DNA of 64,000 bases from Terriglobia bacterium (GTDB lineage Bacteria; Acidobacteriota; Terriglobia; 20CM-2-55-15): positions 160,001-224,000 of the forward strand of contig CBDCLE010000024.1 in assembly GCA_965218585.1 (NCBI GenBank). The letters run 5' to 3'. Position 1 is the first letter of the stretch; each line of letters starts with the position of its first letter. The position numbers and the translations under genes are program-made. Positions 30,338 to 44,155 of the stretch are shown in pieces. The notes under the pieces are model-generated. The model worked only from the letters and a program-made list of their open reading frames with translations, was not told where the DNA came from and made no database searches.

Positions 30338-31417
30338 TCAGGGATTGAGCTCTCTGGTTGTAATTGGTTGATCTAACTTGAGTTGTATTAATTCGAGTTC
30401 TTCTTCACTACCGAAAACAAGACCGGGATAGCGGGTCTTCATGTAGATGCGGAAGCCACCGAAGACAAGGCCGACGACGAGAGTGAAAGCCAGCGCGATG
30501 CCTATGAACGTGAAGATGGTCAGGATCATTTGAGGCAGTGTGAGTGGGTCGGGAAGTGTCTCGGTCCAGGTTACCTCTGACTGATAACTCAACGCTGACA
30601 TGATCGACTCGCTCAACTCATCACTGTCGCTTTCCAGCAGTATCGCAAACAACGAAACAGATCTTCCGCTGGGCAAGTCGCCCTCAAAACTTTCAATCCA
30701 GGTTTCAGAATGCAGCCGTGCCAGCTGTTGGGTCGGGTAGAGCAGCAACGCAAGTCTTCCCGAGTTAGAAGCTTGTGTGTACTCGGCAACGGCAATCTCC
30801 ACGCTGTTCTCGAAACCGAGTTCGGCAGGGTCCAGGCCGGAGATCGTTTGAAAGGCTGCGGGTGTGAGGATGTATTTCTCAGACTCACGTATCAGACCTT
30901 CGGCTGGGAGAAGCAGCGAGACCGGAGCCTTTCTTGATCGACCAAGTATGTTGTCTGCGATCAGTTCACCCAGGGCTCTGGTCGCCTCCCTCGGACCCTC
31001 CAGTTCAACAACGTATTTGGATTGCCAGAACACGAGCCTGTCGCCGTTTTGATAGCTCTCGATTCCGACGACAGCCAGTTCAAAGTCGGGACTCCTCCAG
31101 TTACGCTTCAACGCGAAGAGGCCATATGAGGCAGTGGAATCGATCATCTCGTAGAGCGCTACTTCCACGCTTCCATCCGTCGATTCAAGTGTTACCAGGG
31201 TAGCCCCGATAAAGCCGTATTCGAGAACGCTCGGGGTGTTGTCCCCAACCAGCGTTTCGATATCAAAGTCCGTATACTCAATCGGTTCCGACCCAAGGCT
31301 CCAGGCGGGATCCTCCAGCATCCATTCGACAAGAGTTTCCCTGGTTTGTGCTGCGAGCGGCGTGGCGAATAGAAGAACGGTCGCAACGATCCTTATAAAA
31401 GTCATTATTTCCTGCAC
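30338..31417 (-). CDS. Hypothetical exported protein with C-terminal TM (DUF6599-like)
   Basis: Signal peptide, YEM.D.TASYGLF, FWQSKYVV, C-terminal TM. Confidence 0.6.
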   Translation of the reverse strand: MQEIMTFIRIVATVLLFATPLAAQTRETLVEWMLEDPAWSLGSEPIEYTDFDIETLVGDNTPSVLEYGFIGATLVTLESTDGSVEVALYEMIDSTASYGLFALKRNWRSPDFELAVVGIESYQNGDRLVFWQSKYVVELEGPREATRALGELIADNILGRSRKAPVSLLLPAEGLIRESEKYILTPAAFQTISGLDPAELGFENSVEIAVAEYTQASNSGRLALLLYPTQQLARLHSETWIESFEGDLPSGRSVSLFAILLESDSDELSESIMSALSYQSEVTWTETLPDPLTLPQMILTIFTFIGIALAFTLVVGLVFGGFRIYMKTRYPGLVFGSEEELELIQLKLDQPITTRELNP

Positions 31418-31435
31418 TCAACAGGCTGTTGGGAT

Positions 31436-33136
31436 TCAGTCCCGAGCTTCGGCTGTTTCGAAGCCGCTCAGGGTCTCTGAGTAGGATCTTACACCGTCCA
31501 AGAGAGACTCGGCAATTTGATCGCGCCGGTCTCCTTCCTTGAGCAGGCGTTCGTCGTCAGGATTGCTGATGAAGGAGACTTCAGCAAGGATGGAAGGCAT
31601 GTTGGCACCGATCAAAACCACGAACGGAGCCTGCTTGACTCCCCGGTTTCTTCCGAAATCGGGTGTGGTCGCCAGGGCCCTTTGAATGTGTGAGGCAAAT
31701 TCCCGCGATTCATCCACTTTGTCTCGAAGCAGAATCTTGCTGACAAGATCCTGAAGTTCCGAGATCGATTGAGCCGATGCGGCGTTTTCGCGGGCCGCAA
31801 TTTCTGAACCTTCGCTGGAGGTGGCGAAGTTGAGGAAGTAGGTTTCGAATCCTCGGATCGACCGGCTGCTACTCGAGTTCGCGTGTATTGACAGAAACAG
31901 GTCCGCTTCAGCCTGATTGGCCATTGCCGTACGCGTTTCCAGGGGAACGAAGGCGTCGTCGTTACGGGTCAGGACGACTTCGGCACCCAGTTCCAATTCG
32001 ATCTTTTCTTTGAGGCGACGTGCGATGTCGAGAACAAGAGCCTTCTCAGTGAGCCCGCTGGGACCGATCGTTCCTGTATCTCGCCCTCCATGTCCCGGAT
32101 CGATGACGACACGCGCAACTTTCAGGCCGAGGCTGCGAATCAGGGAGTGGTCTCCGTTTTCTGTCGGCTGTGCGGGTGAGAGGACGCTGGCTTCGGCACC
32201 GTCGGCATCGGTGACATCGGAGGCTTCTGACTCCGGTTCGGGCCGAGGCGCTGTTCGAGTGGCAACCTTCCTCACTTCCGGATCGGGGTCCGATGCGGGC
32301 GCCCCAGGTTCGGGTGTCCTGTTCACTGGTTCTGAGGCGCCGAGAACGTCGATAACGAGCCGATCGGGATCACGCAGCGTAAAGGTCGTTACGTTGCTGA
32401 GCCCGACCAGATCGAGTACGACACGGACCGTGTCCTGGTCATACTGTCCCACCCGGATGTTTTCCAGCATGACCGATTCGACGGGCAGAGCACGTTCCCG
32501 AAGAGATGCCCCAACCCGTGAGTTTGCGATGTCGACGAAGACCCGCGGCGGGTCCTGAACCTCGCCTCTGGTGAAGGCCGGTTCGCCTGCCATGTCGACA
32601 ACCACTCGCACGGATCTGGAGGATTCCCAGTAGCGAACGTTCTCTATCGAAACCACTGACGATGGCCGAGCAGTTCGGGCGCGGATCTCCTCGTCGGGTT
32701 GAACGTCTTCGACCTTCTCTCGAACCGGTCGATTCATGCTTGCGATATCGGCAATCGCAGTGGGCAGGAACCGTGAAGCAGGATATTCCCGGATCAGGAA
32801 CTGAAGTGTTGTGATGGCGTCCTTTGGATCGCCGATCTCTCTGTAGAGCGCCGCGATGTTGATAAGAGCGTCGTCCGCGTATCCGGTGTGGGGCGTGATG
32901 AGGTAAACCCGCTCGTAAAGGCGGATCACCCTCAGGTATTCGGCCCGAGACCGATCTGCAGTCGGCTTTTCTTTGAGAGAGATCTCCTCTCTCTGTGCCA
33001 CCTGATAAGCGGTGCCCGCCTGGTCTCTGAGCGGAGTCTGTGCAAGAGCCGCCGTCGTTGACCCCAGCACCAGTAGCAGCACAGGGATGACCCTTGCCCC
33101 TCGAATCCGTTTCAGTTGTTGTTTGGGTATATGCAC
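31436..33136 (-). CDS. N-acetylmuramoyl-L-alanine amidase (TPR + AMIN + Amidase_3)
   Basis: VVIDPGHGG, EK..VLD, LFLSIHAN, PSILAEVSFISN. Confidence 0.93.
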   Translation of the reverse strand: MHIPKQQLKRIRGARVIPVLLLVLGSTTAALAQTPLRDQAGTAYQVAQREEISLKEKPTADRSRAEYLRVIRLYERVYLITPHTGYADDALINIAALYREIGDPKDAITTLQFLIREYPASRFLPTAIADIASMNRPVREKVEDVQPDEEIRARTARPSSVVSIENVRYWESSRSVRVVVDMAGEPAFTRGEVQDPPRVFVDIANSRVGASLRERALPVESVMLENIRVGQYDQDTVRVVLDLVGLSNVTTFTLRDPDRLVIDVLGASEPVNRTPEPGAPASDPDPEVRKVATRTAPRPEPESEASDVTDADGAEASVLSPAQPTENGDHSLIRSLGLKVARVVIDPGHGGRDTGTIGPSGLTEKALVLDIARRLKEKIELELGAEVVLTRNDDAFVPLETRTAMANQAEADLFLSIHANSSSSRSIRGFETYFLNFATSSEGSEIAARENAASAQSISELQDLVSKILLRDKVDESREFASHIQRALATTPDFGRNRGVKQAPFVVLIGANMPSILAEVSFISNPDDERLLKEGDRRDQIAESLLDGVRSYSETLSGFETAEARD

Positions 33137-33148
33137 AGAGAAGAGTCG

Positions 33149-33925
33149 CTACTCGACGTTCGAGAAACGCAATACTCCTCGCTCATCCACCGTGCTCGAA
33201 ATCGCCCGGGTGGCCGGCGCCACAACCGCTGCTGTTTGAGGCGGTGGAACGGGGAGTTGAGGAGTCGTCCGTGCCGGTGGAGCGGCGGAGGCAACCGGCT
33301 GGACTGTCGGTGCTTGGCCGCCACGACGGTTATACGCAGATCGTACCAGTCGGACGTAGTTTTGCGTTTCCGGTATAGCCGGTATTCGACCCAGGCGTGC
33401 TACGCGATTTTCTCCCGAGTTGTACGCGGCCAGTGACAAATCGAGGTTCCCCTCGAACATCTCCAATAGGAATCTTAAGTAGCGGACACCGCCGTCTATG
33501 TTTTGAGCCGGATCGAAGAAGTCACGCACGCCAAATCTTGCCCCGGTTTCCGGAATCAGTTGCATCAGTCCCATCGCACCCATCGGGGATACGGCCCGGC
33601 GGTTGAAATTGGATTCAACTTCTATGACGGAACGAACCAGCGCTCGGTCCACGCCATGCCTGGCGGAGATGCTGTCGATCAGGGGATCGAGCGCGTTTGC
33701 CGGATCGAGGGATGCCACTCCCACAGGTGCTGTTGTCGGGTTTGAAACAACTGGAATTGGCTCGGCTGCGGGTTGGCTGTATGTGGCCAGATTGGTGAAC
33801 ACGATCTTGCCGTCGTCTTCGACGAATGCCGAAATGCGATCCTGTCCCCAACTCTCCTGGGAGATGCCCAGGGCAGCAACGGTCAGACCGATCGCGAAAA
33901 GCCATCGTATGTTCATCATAACCAC
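33149..33925 (-). CDS. Lytic transglycosylase (SLT domain)
   Basis: VESNFN, GAMGLMQL, LAAYNSG, ETQNYV. Confidence 0.92.
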   Translation of the reverse strand: MVMMNIRWLFAIGLTVAALGISQESWGQDRISAFVEDDGKIVFTNLATYSQPAAEPIPVVSNPTTAPVGVASLDPANALDPLIDSISARHGVDRALVRSVIEVESNFNRRAVSPMGAMGLMQLIPETGARFGVRDFFDPAQNIDGGVRYLRFLLEMFEGNLDLSLAAYNSGENRVARLGRIPAIPETQNYVRLVRSAYNRRGGQAPTVQPVASAAPPARTTPQLPVPPPQTAAVVAPATRAISSTVDERGVLRFSNVE

Positions 33926-33937
33926 TACAGACGGTGG

Positions 33938-36573
<2,636 letters not shown>

Positions 36574-36577
<4 letters not shown>

Positions 36578-36998
36578 AGGAACTCTTCCAACTCACGGAG
36601 AATTTCCTCCGCATCATATCCAAGACGCTCTACAGATCTATAAAGACGAGCCACATCTTTCTTCGGAAGAGGCGGCCGAAGCCTCAAACTCTTCATTTTA
36701 GCCCTCACGATTTCTCCAGTAGAAGGCCAATCCTCGTTTTCGATGACCTCACGGACGATGTCGGGGGCTACGCCGTGGTGTCTCAGGTCGATTTCCAACT
36801 GCAGCCGGCCTTTGCGTGTCCGGCTCCTGACGAAGTTCTCTGCAAAGCGACGGTCGTTGAGGAATCTTTCGGACCTCAATCGCTCGATGACATCTTGCGG
36901 CACGTTTTCGAAACGTTGTTCGAGCTTGAGGCGCAGCCGATGGGGCTGTAGTCGCGGGCTCGGAGCAGCTTCAGGGCGTAGGCGTATATTTCGTTCAT
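36574..36998 (-). CDS. recX: Regulatory protein RecX (one-base frameshift near 36943, probably sequencing error)
   Basis: MNEIYAYALKLLRARDYSP in one frame, LNDRRFAENFV in the next; one extra C in a C4 run joins them. Confidence 0.8.
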
Positions 36999-37040
36999 GG
37001 AGCCGAAATCGGTGAGTCGGGAGACGCGTTTCGGGCGCGA

Positions 37041-37958
37041 TCAATCTACCCGAGTCAGCCAGCCCTCAGGCGCTGCGGCCTCTCCACTGACAATGCTGAA
37101 AAATCGGGATTGGATCTTTTCGGTGATCGGCCCTCTCTGTCCGGCACCCACGTTGATGCGATCGACCGATCGGATGGGCGTGATCTCCGCTGCCGTTCCC
37201 GTGAAGAACAACTCGTCGGCGATGTAGAGCCATTCCCGAGGAATGGCCTGTTCGGAAACCTTCAATCCAGACTCTTCGCAGATGGCGAGGACCGAGTCGC
37301 GTGTAACTCCGGCCAGGACAGACTGGTCGACGGCGGGTGTGTAAATCATCCCATCACGGACCAGGAAAATGTTTTCGCCGCTCCCTTCGCTCACGTAGCC
37401 ATCGGTGTCGAGCGCGATACCCTCGGCGTATCCGTTCGTAACGGCTTCAATCTTGACCAGTTGCGAATTCAGGTAGTGGCCCGCTGCCTTAGCCGTTGCC
37501 GGCGACGTATTTGGAGCCGGCCGCGCCCAGGTGGACACGCAGACATCCACGCCTGTTTCCAAGGCTTCCTGTCCGAGGTAGGTGCCCCATTCCCACACTG
37601 CGATATAGGTGTCGATCGGGATTCCGGCCGGGTCGATCCCAAGATGGCCGTAGCCGCGCAGGACGATAGGCCGGATGTAGCAGGCCTCAAGTCGATTGGC
37701 GCGAATCGTTTCCAAAACGGCCTTTTCGAGAGCCGCTTCGTCGTAAGGCATCTCCAGTCTGTAGATCTTTGCCGAGTTGGCCAGCCTTCGAAGATGGGAG
37801 TCCAGCCGGAACACCATCGAACCCGATTGAGTCTTGTAACAGCGTATACCCTCAAAGCAGGCTGACCCATAGTGAACGACATGGGAGAGCACATGGATTT
37901 GAGCGCTGTCCCAGTCGATGAGTTCGCCATTGCGCCAGATTTTTTCCGATCGAGTCAT
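37041..37958 (-). CDS. ilvE: Branched-chain amino acid aminotransferase
   Basis: [33 protein letters not shown]. Confidence 0.96.
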   Translation of the reverse strand: MTRSEKIWRNGELIDWDSAQIHVLSHVVHYGSACFEGIRCYKTQSGSMVFRLDSHLRRLANSAKIYRLEMPYDEAALEKAVLETIRANRLEACYIRPIVLRGYGHLGIDPAGIPIDTYIAVWEWGTYLGQEALETGVDVCVSTWARPAPNTSPATAKAAGHYLNSQLVKIEAVTNGYAEGIALDTDGYVSEGSGENIFLVRDGMIYTPAVDQSVLAGVTRDSVLAICEESGLKVSEQAIPREWLYIADELFFTGTAAEITPIRSVDRINVGAGQRGPITEKIQSRFFSIVSGEAAAPEGWLTRVD

Positions 37959-38012
37959 AGGCTATGAACAGGCATAATGTGCCCTTAACCAACATGTTAC
38001 ACTGAGCCGGCC

Positions 38013-38543
38013 ATGCTTAAGGTGAAATTCGGCACCACAGTCGTGCTCCTGTTATTGGTCGGTTCGCTCGCAGGATGCGGCTATCGGCTGGCTGGAGATC
38101 GCATCGATTCGGGTGAGGGACAGACGTTGGGCGTCCCTGTTTTTAGAAGCCTTACGACGGACTTCAGAATCGAACAACAGCTGACCGAGTCCGTGCGCCG
38201 CGAACTCATTCGGCGAACGCGTTATCGGGTCATACCCTCCCGGGATGGCGATGTTGTCGTTACAGGAGAAGTTCTCAGCATGACTTCGATTCCGATCATT
38301 TTTACCAATCAGGGACGGGGCACGGCTTACACCGTCGCTGTTGATGTGAGTGTTCGCGTCATCGATACGTCCGACGGCAGCGTCCTGTTCCAGAACGACA
38401 GGTGGACGTTCAGCGAAGTGTTTGAGCTCTCCAACAACTCGGAAGAATTCGTTCCTGAAGACTCGGCAGCGATCGATCGACTGGCGGGCCAATTCGCGTC
38501 CTCTCTGGTCGCGTCTCTCACGTTTGCGAATACAAGTCCGTGA
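38013..38543 (+). CDS. lptE: LPS assembly lipoprotein LptE
   Basis: Lipobox LAGC followed by GYRL; upstream of holA. Confidence 0.8.
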   Translation: MLKVKFGTTVVLLLLVGSLAGCGYRLAGDRIDSGEGQTLGVPVFRSLTTDFRIEQQLTESVRRELIRRTRYRVIPSRDGDVVVTGEVLSMTSIPIIFTNQGRGTAYTVAVDVSVRVIDTSDGSVLFQNDRWTFSEVFELSNNSEEFVPEDSAAIDRLAGQFASSLVASLTFANTSP

Positions 38544-39493
38544 AATTTTCTGAATTTCGAAGACACACGCCGAAGTCGTCAAGCCACGCTTACGTGTTCG
38601 TGTGTGAAGATGCGTTTCTGGTCGAGGAATCGAAGGCCGTATGGGCGGGCATTTTCGGTGGGGACTGGGGATTCGAGAAACTCACCGTAAAAGAATTCGA
38701 ATCTATCGATGCATCGGAGTTGATGGAGTCGGCAATGAGTTCTCCGCTGTTCGGTCCCTCCCGCGCGCTCCTGGTAACCAACGCCGGCAAGGTCACCAAG
38801 AAGAGGTTGGCTGACATCGAACACATCCTCGAGCTGGGGCAGTCTTCGCTGAAGATCGTTCTGGTCGTGGAGTCACGACGGTCGAAAATTGGTGGAAAGA
38901 CCCGGATTCCGGTCATCGAAATCGACCCTCTTCGCCCTGCGGATACGGCCCGTTGGGTTCGTGACAAGTACGGCGTTGCTCCTGAAGTGGCCCGTTACAT
39001 CGTCGACAACGTTGGGACTGAACTGCAGGTTCTCCATGGGGAAATGGAGAAATTGGAAATCTACCTCCGGGGGGCCCGGCCGGCGGAAACTACCGATGTC
39101 GACCAGTTGATTCTGCGATCGGAACAGTTTGGCCCATTTGAACTGGACGACGCTTTTCTGGACGGTGACTATCCTCGCTCGGTCCGTGTGGTAGGCGCGA
39201 TGATCGAGGAAGGTGTGGAGCCGATTCTCATCCTGTCCCGGATCGTTCGGGTTTGGCGCCAGATATTTGTCGGAAATGTTTTGGAGGGTCGGGCCTCGCC
39301 CGACGACGTCGCCCGGGCGGCTTCAGTCCCTCATTGGAAGGCAGCCACTTTCGTCAACGCGTGCAGGCGATTCGGATACGAGCGCGTCGTTGAAGGTTTT
39401 GGGGAACTGGTTCGTGCAGACCGGGCCTTGAAGACGTCGTCTCCCAATCCAGAATTCTATTTTGATGTGATGCTGTGGAAACTGATGAGGTAA
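38540..39493 (+). CDS. holA: DNA polymerase III subunit delta
   Basis: EDAFLV, PLFG, EMEKL, DRALKTS; lptE-holA-rpsT synteny. Confidence 0.85.
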   Translation: MKFSEFRRHTPKSSSHAYVFVCEDAFLVEESKAVWAGIFGGDWGFEKLTVKEFESIDASELMESAMSSPLFGPSRALLVTNAGKVTKKRLADIEHILELGQSSLKIVLVVESRRSKIGGKTRIPVIEIDPLRPADTARWVRDKYGVAPEVARYIVDNVGTELQVLHGEMEKLEIYLRGARPAETTDVDQLILRSEQFGPFELDDAFLDGDYPRSVRVVGAMIEEGVEPILILSRIVRVWRQIFVGNVLEGRASPDDVARAASVPHWKAATFVNACRRFGYERVVEGFGELVRADRALKTSSPNPEFYFDVMLWKLMR

Positions 39494-39583
39494 TAAAAAG
39501 GGGACAGACATCCTTTTTTCTGCGTAAGCGAAGTGTTTTCTTGTTGATAGGTAAAAAAGGTGTCTGTCCCCTTTTTATTACCT
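39488..39583. repeat. GGGGACAG-type long inverted repeat between convergent holA and rpsT (probable bidirectional terminator)
   Basis: GGTAATAAAAAGGGGACAGACA...TGTCTGTCCCCTTTTTATTACC. Confidence 0.75.
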
Positions 39584-39848
39584 ACGCGGGGACGGCGTTG
39601 ACACGGCGGTTGATTCTGGATTTGTAGCGCCGGGCCGCGTTGGCTTTGATCACGCCTTTCTGAACGGACCTGTCGATTACGCTGAAGGTTTTCGAAAGCA
39701 CTGCCTCGGCCTCATCACTCTTACCTTCCGAGATCGCAGCTTTCAGTTTCTTGAGCTGGGTTTTAAGCTTCTGGCGATTCATCTGGTTGATGAGCCGGCG
39801 TTGCTGATTCTGCCTGTTCCGCTTTAGTGCGGATGCATGGTTTGCCAT
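39582..39848 (-). CDS. rpsT: 30S ribosomal protein S20
   Basis: MANHASALKR...KGVIKANAARRYKSR. Confidence 0.97.
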   Translation of the reverse strand: MANHASALKRNRQNQQRRLINQMNRQKLKTQLKKLKAAISEGKSDEAEAVLSKTFSVIDRSVQKGVIKANAARRYKSRINRRVNAVPA

Positions 39849-39973
39849 CTATAAGTACCTCGAACCGAAAATGATAGCAGCAGGGCCCGTTTCCAGTCAA
39901 TGAGGGCCGGCTGAACAGGTCTACTGTCTCTAACCACATGATATAATTCGTCCCCAGTATAAAACTGCCAAGA

Positions 39974-40978
39974 ATGAAAAAGACCATCCCCATCGGCGAA
40001 GGTGTCGCCGACCTGTTCGGTACTTACGACAGCAACATCAAGTATCTGGAATCTGCTCTCAGGGTCGAGGTGCATATCGCGGAGCAGAATCTGACCGTAG
40101 AAGGCGAGGACAGGGACGTCACACTGGTCGACCGACTCATTCAGGATTACGCGAGCCTCCGCGGGGAAGGTGTGAAGCTTTCCGACGAGGACCTGAAGTC
40201 GGTCATTCGGATAGTTTCCGAGGACAACTCCATCACCTTGCGCCAGGTGGTCACCGAACCCCGTAAGTTTCAGGTCGGGAAACGGAACGTTTCCCCGAAA
40301 ACGCTGAATCAGAAAATCTATATGGACGCCATCGACCGTCACGACATGGTCTTTGGAATCGGTCCGGCCGGAACCGGTAAGACCTACCTCGCGGTTAGCA
40401 TGGCTGTGCGGGAGCTTCTGGCAAAGCGCGTCAGCCGCATCGTCCTGACACGCCCTGCCGTGGAAGCCGGTGAGCGACTGGGATTCCTTCCGGGAACACT
40501 GGAAGAAAAAGTGGATCCGTATCTACGCCCTCTCTATGACGCGCTGTACGAAATGCTCGATGCCGAGCGCGTTGAACGGTACCTGGAGCGCCGCGTAATC
40601 GAAATAGCCCCGATTGCTTTCATGCGGGGACGGACCCTCAACGATGCGTTCGTCATCCTCGATGAAGCTCAGAACACGACGTCCGAGCAGATGAAGATGT
40701 TCTTGACCCGGATCGGCTACTCCTCCAAGGCCGTGATCAACGGAGACGTGACCCAGGTGGATCTCCCTTTCGGGAAGCGGTCCGGTTTAATAAACGCGCG
40801 TAATGTGCTCGATGGAATCGACGGCATCGTCTTCGTATCGTTCAACGAACGGGACGTCGTCCGCCATCGCCTGGTGGCAGACATCGTACGGGCTTACGAG
40901 GCCTTTGATTCTGAGAACGGCGCCGGTCAGGGTTCGCTCGAATTCCGGTCACCGGAAGCCGAAGCTGAGGCCGGCTGA
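39974..40978 (+). CDS. phoH: PhoH family ATPase
   Basis: GPAGTGKT, RPAVEAGE.LGFLPG, MRGRTL, DEAQN. Confidence 0.95.
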   Translation: MKKTIPIGEGVADLFGTYDSNIKYLESALRVEVHIAEQNLTVEGEDRDVTLVDRLIQDYASLRGEGVKLSDEDLKSVIRIVSEDNSITLRQVVTEPRKFQVGKRNVSPKTLNQKIYMDAIDRHDMVFGIGPAGTGKTYLAVSMAVRELLAKRVSRIVLTRPAVEAGERLGFLPGTLEEKVDPYLRPLYDALYEMLDAERVERYLERRVIEIAPIAFMRGRTLNDAFVILDEAQNTTSEQMKMFLTRIGYSSKAVINGDVTQVDLPFGKRSGLINARNVLDGIDGIVFVSFNERDVVRHRLVADIVRAYEAFDSENGAGQGSLEFRSPEAEAEAG

Positions 40979-41442
40979 TGGCGTCGGGCATAGATACCGC
41001 CGACGTTTCAGGAGAGTTATCCGAACCGGCCGAGCCCGAGCCCTTTCTCCTCATCAACCGACAGCGAAAACATCGGATTGACCGCGGGCCGATCCTGGAC
41101 TTTCTGACCCGGCTGGTCGAGTACGTGTCGGCGGATGCTCCCTTTTCCGTGGTCCTCGTCAGTGACCGAACGATCCACCGCTACAACCGGGAATACCGAG
41201 GTCAGGACAAGGCCACCGACGTCCTTTCCTTTCCCTCAGACGAGCCGTACCTGGGCGACATTCTCATCTCTGTTGAGACAGCTTACGAGCAGGCCCGCAG
41301 GTCGAAGGTGTTAACGCTGGAACGTAACATCAGGCGGCTGGCCCTGCACGGCCTGTTGCACTTGATGGGTTATGACCACGAGACCGACGATGGCGATATG
41401 AGATCGGTAGAAATTCGCCTGCGTCGAAGGTTCCAATGTTGA
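40978..41442 (+). CDS. ybeY: rRNA maturation RNase YbeY
   Basis: TDVLSF, HGLLHLMGYDH. Confidence 0.95.
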   Translation: MASGIDTADVSGELSEPAEPEPFLLINRQRKHRIDRGPILDFLTRLVEYVSADAPFSVVLVSDRTIHRYNREYRGQDKATDVLSFPSDEPYLGDILISVETAYEQARRSKVLTLERNIRRLALHGLLHLMGYDHETDDGDMRSVEIRLRRRFQC

Positions 41443-42704
41443 TTCAATTACAGCTGTTAATAGCCGCGATCCTGGCCCTGGGGCTTCTTGTGATGTCCGT
41501 CCTCGACTTCGCACTTGAAGCGGTAAACAAGATCGCATTGCGTCGCATCACCGACAACGGAGAGGGAAGGCGGAGTCGCTTGATGGAATCGTTGTCGGAG
41601 GCCCGGGCGGAAGTCCTGATGGTCGTCCACATGACGATTCAGACTCTGCTTGTCGTCCTGGCCGTTCTTTTGACCGGAACCTTTCTCAGTTTTCCGTTGC
41701 CACTCCTTGCGGCCCTGCCTCTGGCCGGGGCAACAACGCTGATCATCGTCCTGGTTTTCAGACAACTGATTCCCCGGGCGATCGCGCTCCGGAGTCCCGA
41801 CGAGGTGCTCGAGCGCCTCATTCCCGTACTTGCGATTCCGTATTTCATTCTTTATCCCTTGGCCCGCTTCATCACTATGATCCTGATCCGCTTCCACCAA
41901 TGGGACGGTATCGAGACCGAGGAAGAAGAGGAGGCATCTGAGGAGGAAATCCAGGCCTTTATCGATGCGGGTCAGGAGGAGGGGATTCTCGAACAGGATG
42001 AAGGCGTGATGATTCAGTCCATCGTCCAGTTCGGGGACAAGGTAACTCTCGAAGTCATGACGCCGAGAACGCAAATCATTGCTGTCGATGTCGCCTGGGA
42101 TTTTGACAAGATCGTGAATCAGGTTCTGTCGAGCAAACATTCGCGGATGCCGGTGTATCGCGATGAACTGGACAACATCGAAGGGTTTGTTCATGAAAGG
42201 GATCTCCTGCGCCTGAACAGACGGGGCGATGCGCCTGACAACCTGCGTCCCTTCCTTCAGCCCGTCCACTTCGTTCCTGAGACCAAGCCGATCGACGATC
42301 TGCTTGAAGAGATGAAAGGCCGTGGCCAGCAGTTGGTCCTGGTTGTCGATGAATATGGAGGCGTCTCCGGGCTCATCACGATCGAAGACCTGATCGAGGA
42401 GATCGTCGGCGAGATCAGTGACAGCCCCGGTTCGGAGACGGCTAAGCTCCTGGACGAGGGAAGAGGCAGCTATTTGATGCCGGGTACCACAGAGCTGGAT
42501 GTGCTGGACGCGCGCCTGGGTCTCACTGCCTTTCCCGAGACAGAGTGCACGACCGTCAGCGGCGCTGTTGTCGAACTATTCGGAAGGCTTCCGTTGCCCG
42601 GTGAGCGGATCAGACACGAAGCGCTTGCGATCGAAGTTGTGGATGCCGACCGACGAAAGGTCAGGAGTCTGAGAATCAGAACGCTTGGTTCCAAGTCAAG
42701 TTGA
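41436..42704 (+). CDS. Hemolysin family / CNNM-CBS-CorC protein
   Basis: TM domain, [30 protein letters not shown]. Confidence 0.9.
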   Translation: MLIQLQLLIAAILALGLLVMSVLDFALEAVNKIALRRITDNGEGRRSRLMESLSEARAEVLMVVHMTIQTLLVVLAVLLTGTFLSFPLPLLAALPLAGATTLIIVLVFRQLIPRAIALRSPDEVLERLIPVLAIPYFILYPLARFITMILIRFHQWDGIETEEEEEASEEEIQAFIDAGQEEGILEQDEGVMIQSIVQFGDKVTLEVMTPRTQIIAVDVAWDFDKIVNQVLSSKHSRMPVYRDELDNIEGFVHERDLLRLNRRGDAPDNLRPFLQPVHFVPETKPIDDLLEEMKGRGQQLVLVVDEYGGVSGLITIEDLIEEIVGEISDSPGSETAKLLDEGRGSYLMPGTTELDVLDARLGLTAFPETECTTVSGAVVELFGRLPLPGERIRHEALAIEVVDADRRKVRSLRIRTLGSKSS

Positions 42705-43588
42705 TGGACGAAGGCTTGAAATCGGGTTTTGTGTCTATCGTCGGACGCCCCAACTCCGGAAAGTCCACGCTCCTGAATCGGCTGGTCGGCCAGAAGATCT
42801 CCATCGTTACGCCGCACCCCCAGACCACGCGGAACGTCGTTCGCGGCATCGTAACCGATGCAGAAGGCCAGATCGTTTTTCTCGACACTCCCGGAATTCA
42901 CAAGCCGCTCCACAAGCTCAACGAGCGCATGATGCGGTTCATGCTCGATTCGCTGAAGCACATCGACATCGTCATGTTGATCGTGGACGCTTCGACCAGC
43001 CATGGACGGGGAGATGAGTACGCACTCGACCTCATCCGGAAAGTCGGGACCCGGCGGTTTCTTCTGCTGAACAAGGTCGACAAGGTTGCCAAGCGTGAAT
43101 TATTGCCACTGATCCAACGCTACAGCGAAGCCGTCGACTTTGACCAGATCGTTCCCATATCGGCGAAGACCGGAGACGGGGTCGATGGGCTGAAAAGCGA
43201 AATCTATAAATGCCTCCCCGAAGGCCCGATGTACTACCCGGAAGAACAACCCACCGACCAACAGGAACGGTTCCTTGCAAGCGAAATCATCCGGGAAAAA
43301 CTGATTCTCAAGACCCGTCAGGAACTGCCGCATGCTACCGCAATAGCTATCGAACGTTTCGAGGAGGAGAGTGACAGGCTTCAGATCTTCGCGTCAATCT
43401 ATGTCGAAAGGGATTCCCAGAAGAAGATCGTCATAGGCCAAGGAGGGCAGGTCATCAAGGAGGTCGGCATCGCCGCCCGCAAAGAACTCGAATCCCTCCT
43501 CGACAGCAGAGTTCATCTTGAGCTTCACGTCAAAGTCAGAAAGAAGTGGAGGGATGACGAGCAGATCCTGAAGTCGTTGGGGATCTAG
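42704..43588 (+). CDS. era: GTPase Era
   Basis: GRPNSGKST, PQTTR, DTPG, NKVD, KH domain. Confidence 0.97.
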   Translation: MDEGLKSGFVSIVGRPNSGKSTLLNRLVGQKISIVTPHPQTTRNVVRGIVTDAEGQIVFLDTPGIHKPLHKLNERMMRFMLDSLKHIDIVMLIVDASTSHGRGDEYALDLIRKVGTRRFLLLNKVDKVAKRELLPLIQRYSEAVDFDQIVPISAKTGDGVDGLKSEIYKCLPEGPMYYPEEQPTDQQERFLASEIIREKLILKTRQELPHATAIAIERFEEESDRLQIFASIYVERDSQKKIVIGQGGQVIKEVGIAARKELESLLDSRVHLELHVKVRKKWRDDEQILKSLGI

Positions 43589-43739
43589 CACTCAGCCGTC
43601 GGCTTTCGGCTATTAGCCCAACTGCGGGTTCGGGGATAGAGACCGAGTCCAACCGTCATCGGATATCGAAACAGAATGCTGCCTGGAAGCAACGGTATCC
43701 GTCCGCGAATTTCGCCGATTTGGTAGAATTAAACTCGGC

Positions 43740-43885
43740 ATGTCGGACGAAATCATATTCGCCGTTCAGGAGTCTCCGGAAGGGGGCTACGAAGCCAGGG
43801 CTTTGTCTGCACCCGTCTTTACTGAGGCTGACAGCGTAGAGACGCGGTCGAGTGTCATTTCGAAGAGGGAGAGCGCCCGTGTAGT
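43740..43885 (+). pseudogene. HicB-like antitoxin, internally deleted
   Basis: MSDEIIFAVQESPEGGYEARAL..VFTEAD then DAVECHFEEGERP out of frame. Confidence 0.65.
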
Positions 43886-44130
43886 ATGAAGCTTCCCCGC
43901 GACCTCAGTGGGGAAAATCTTGCGGTAAGCTCGGCAGACTCGGCTACACACGGACGCGCCAGACAGGGAGCCACATCCGGCTGACTCACGAGACGCCCGA
44001 AGGACGCCATCACGTAACGATTCCTAGGCACAAAGCCTTGCGCGTTGGCACTCTCAACGCCATTCTCACCGAAATAGCCCAACACCTTTCGATTGAACGG
44101 ACAGATCTACTTGAGCGTATTGAGCAGTGA
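43886..44130 (+). pseudogene. HicA-family toxin, frameshifted
   Basis: MKLPRDLSG / LGY...RQTGSHIRL...HHVTIP.H..LRVGTLNAIL; 245 bp span. Confidence 0.75.
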
Positions 44131-44155
44131 TACGCGGCAACGTCCAAAACGTGGT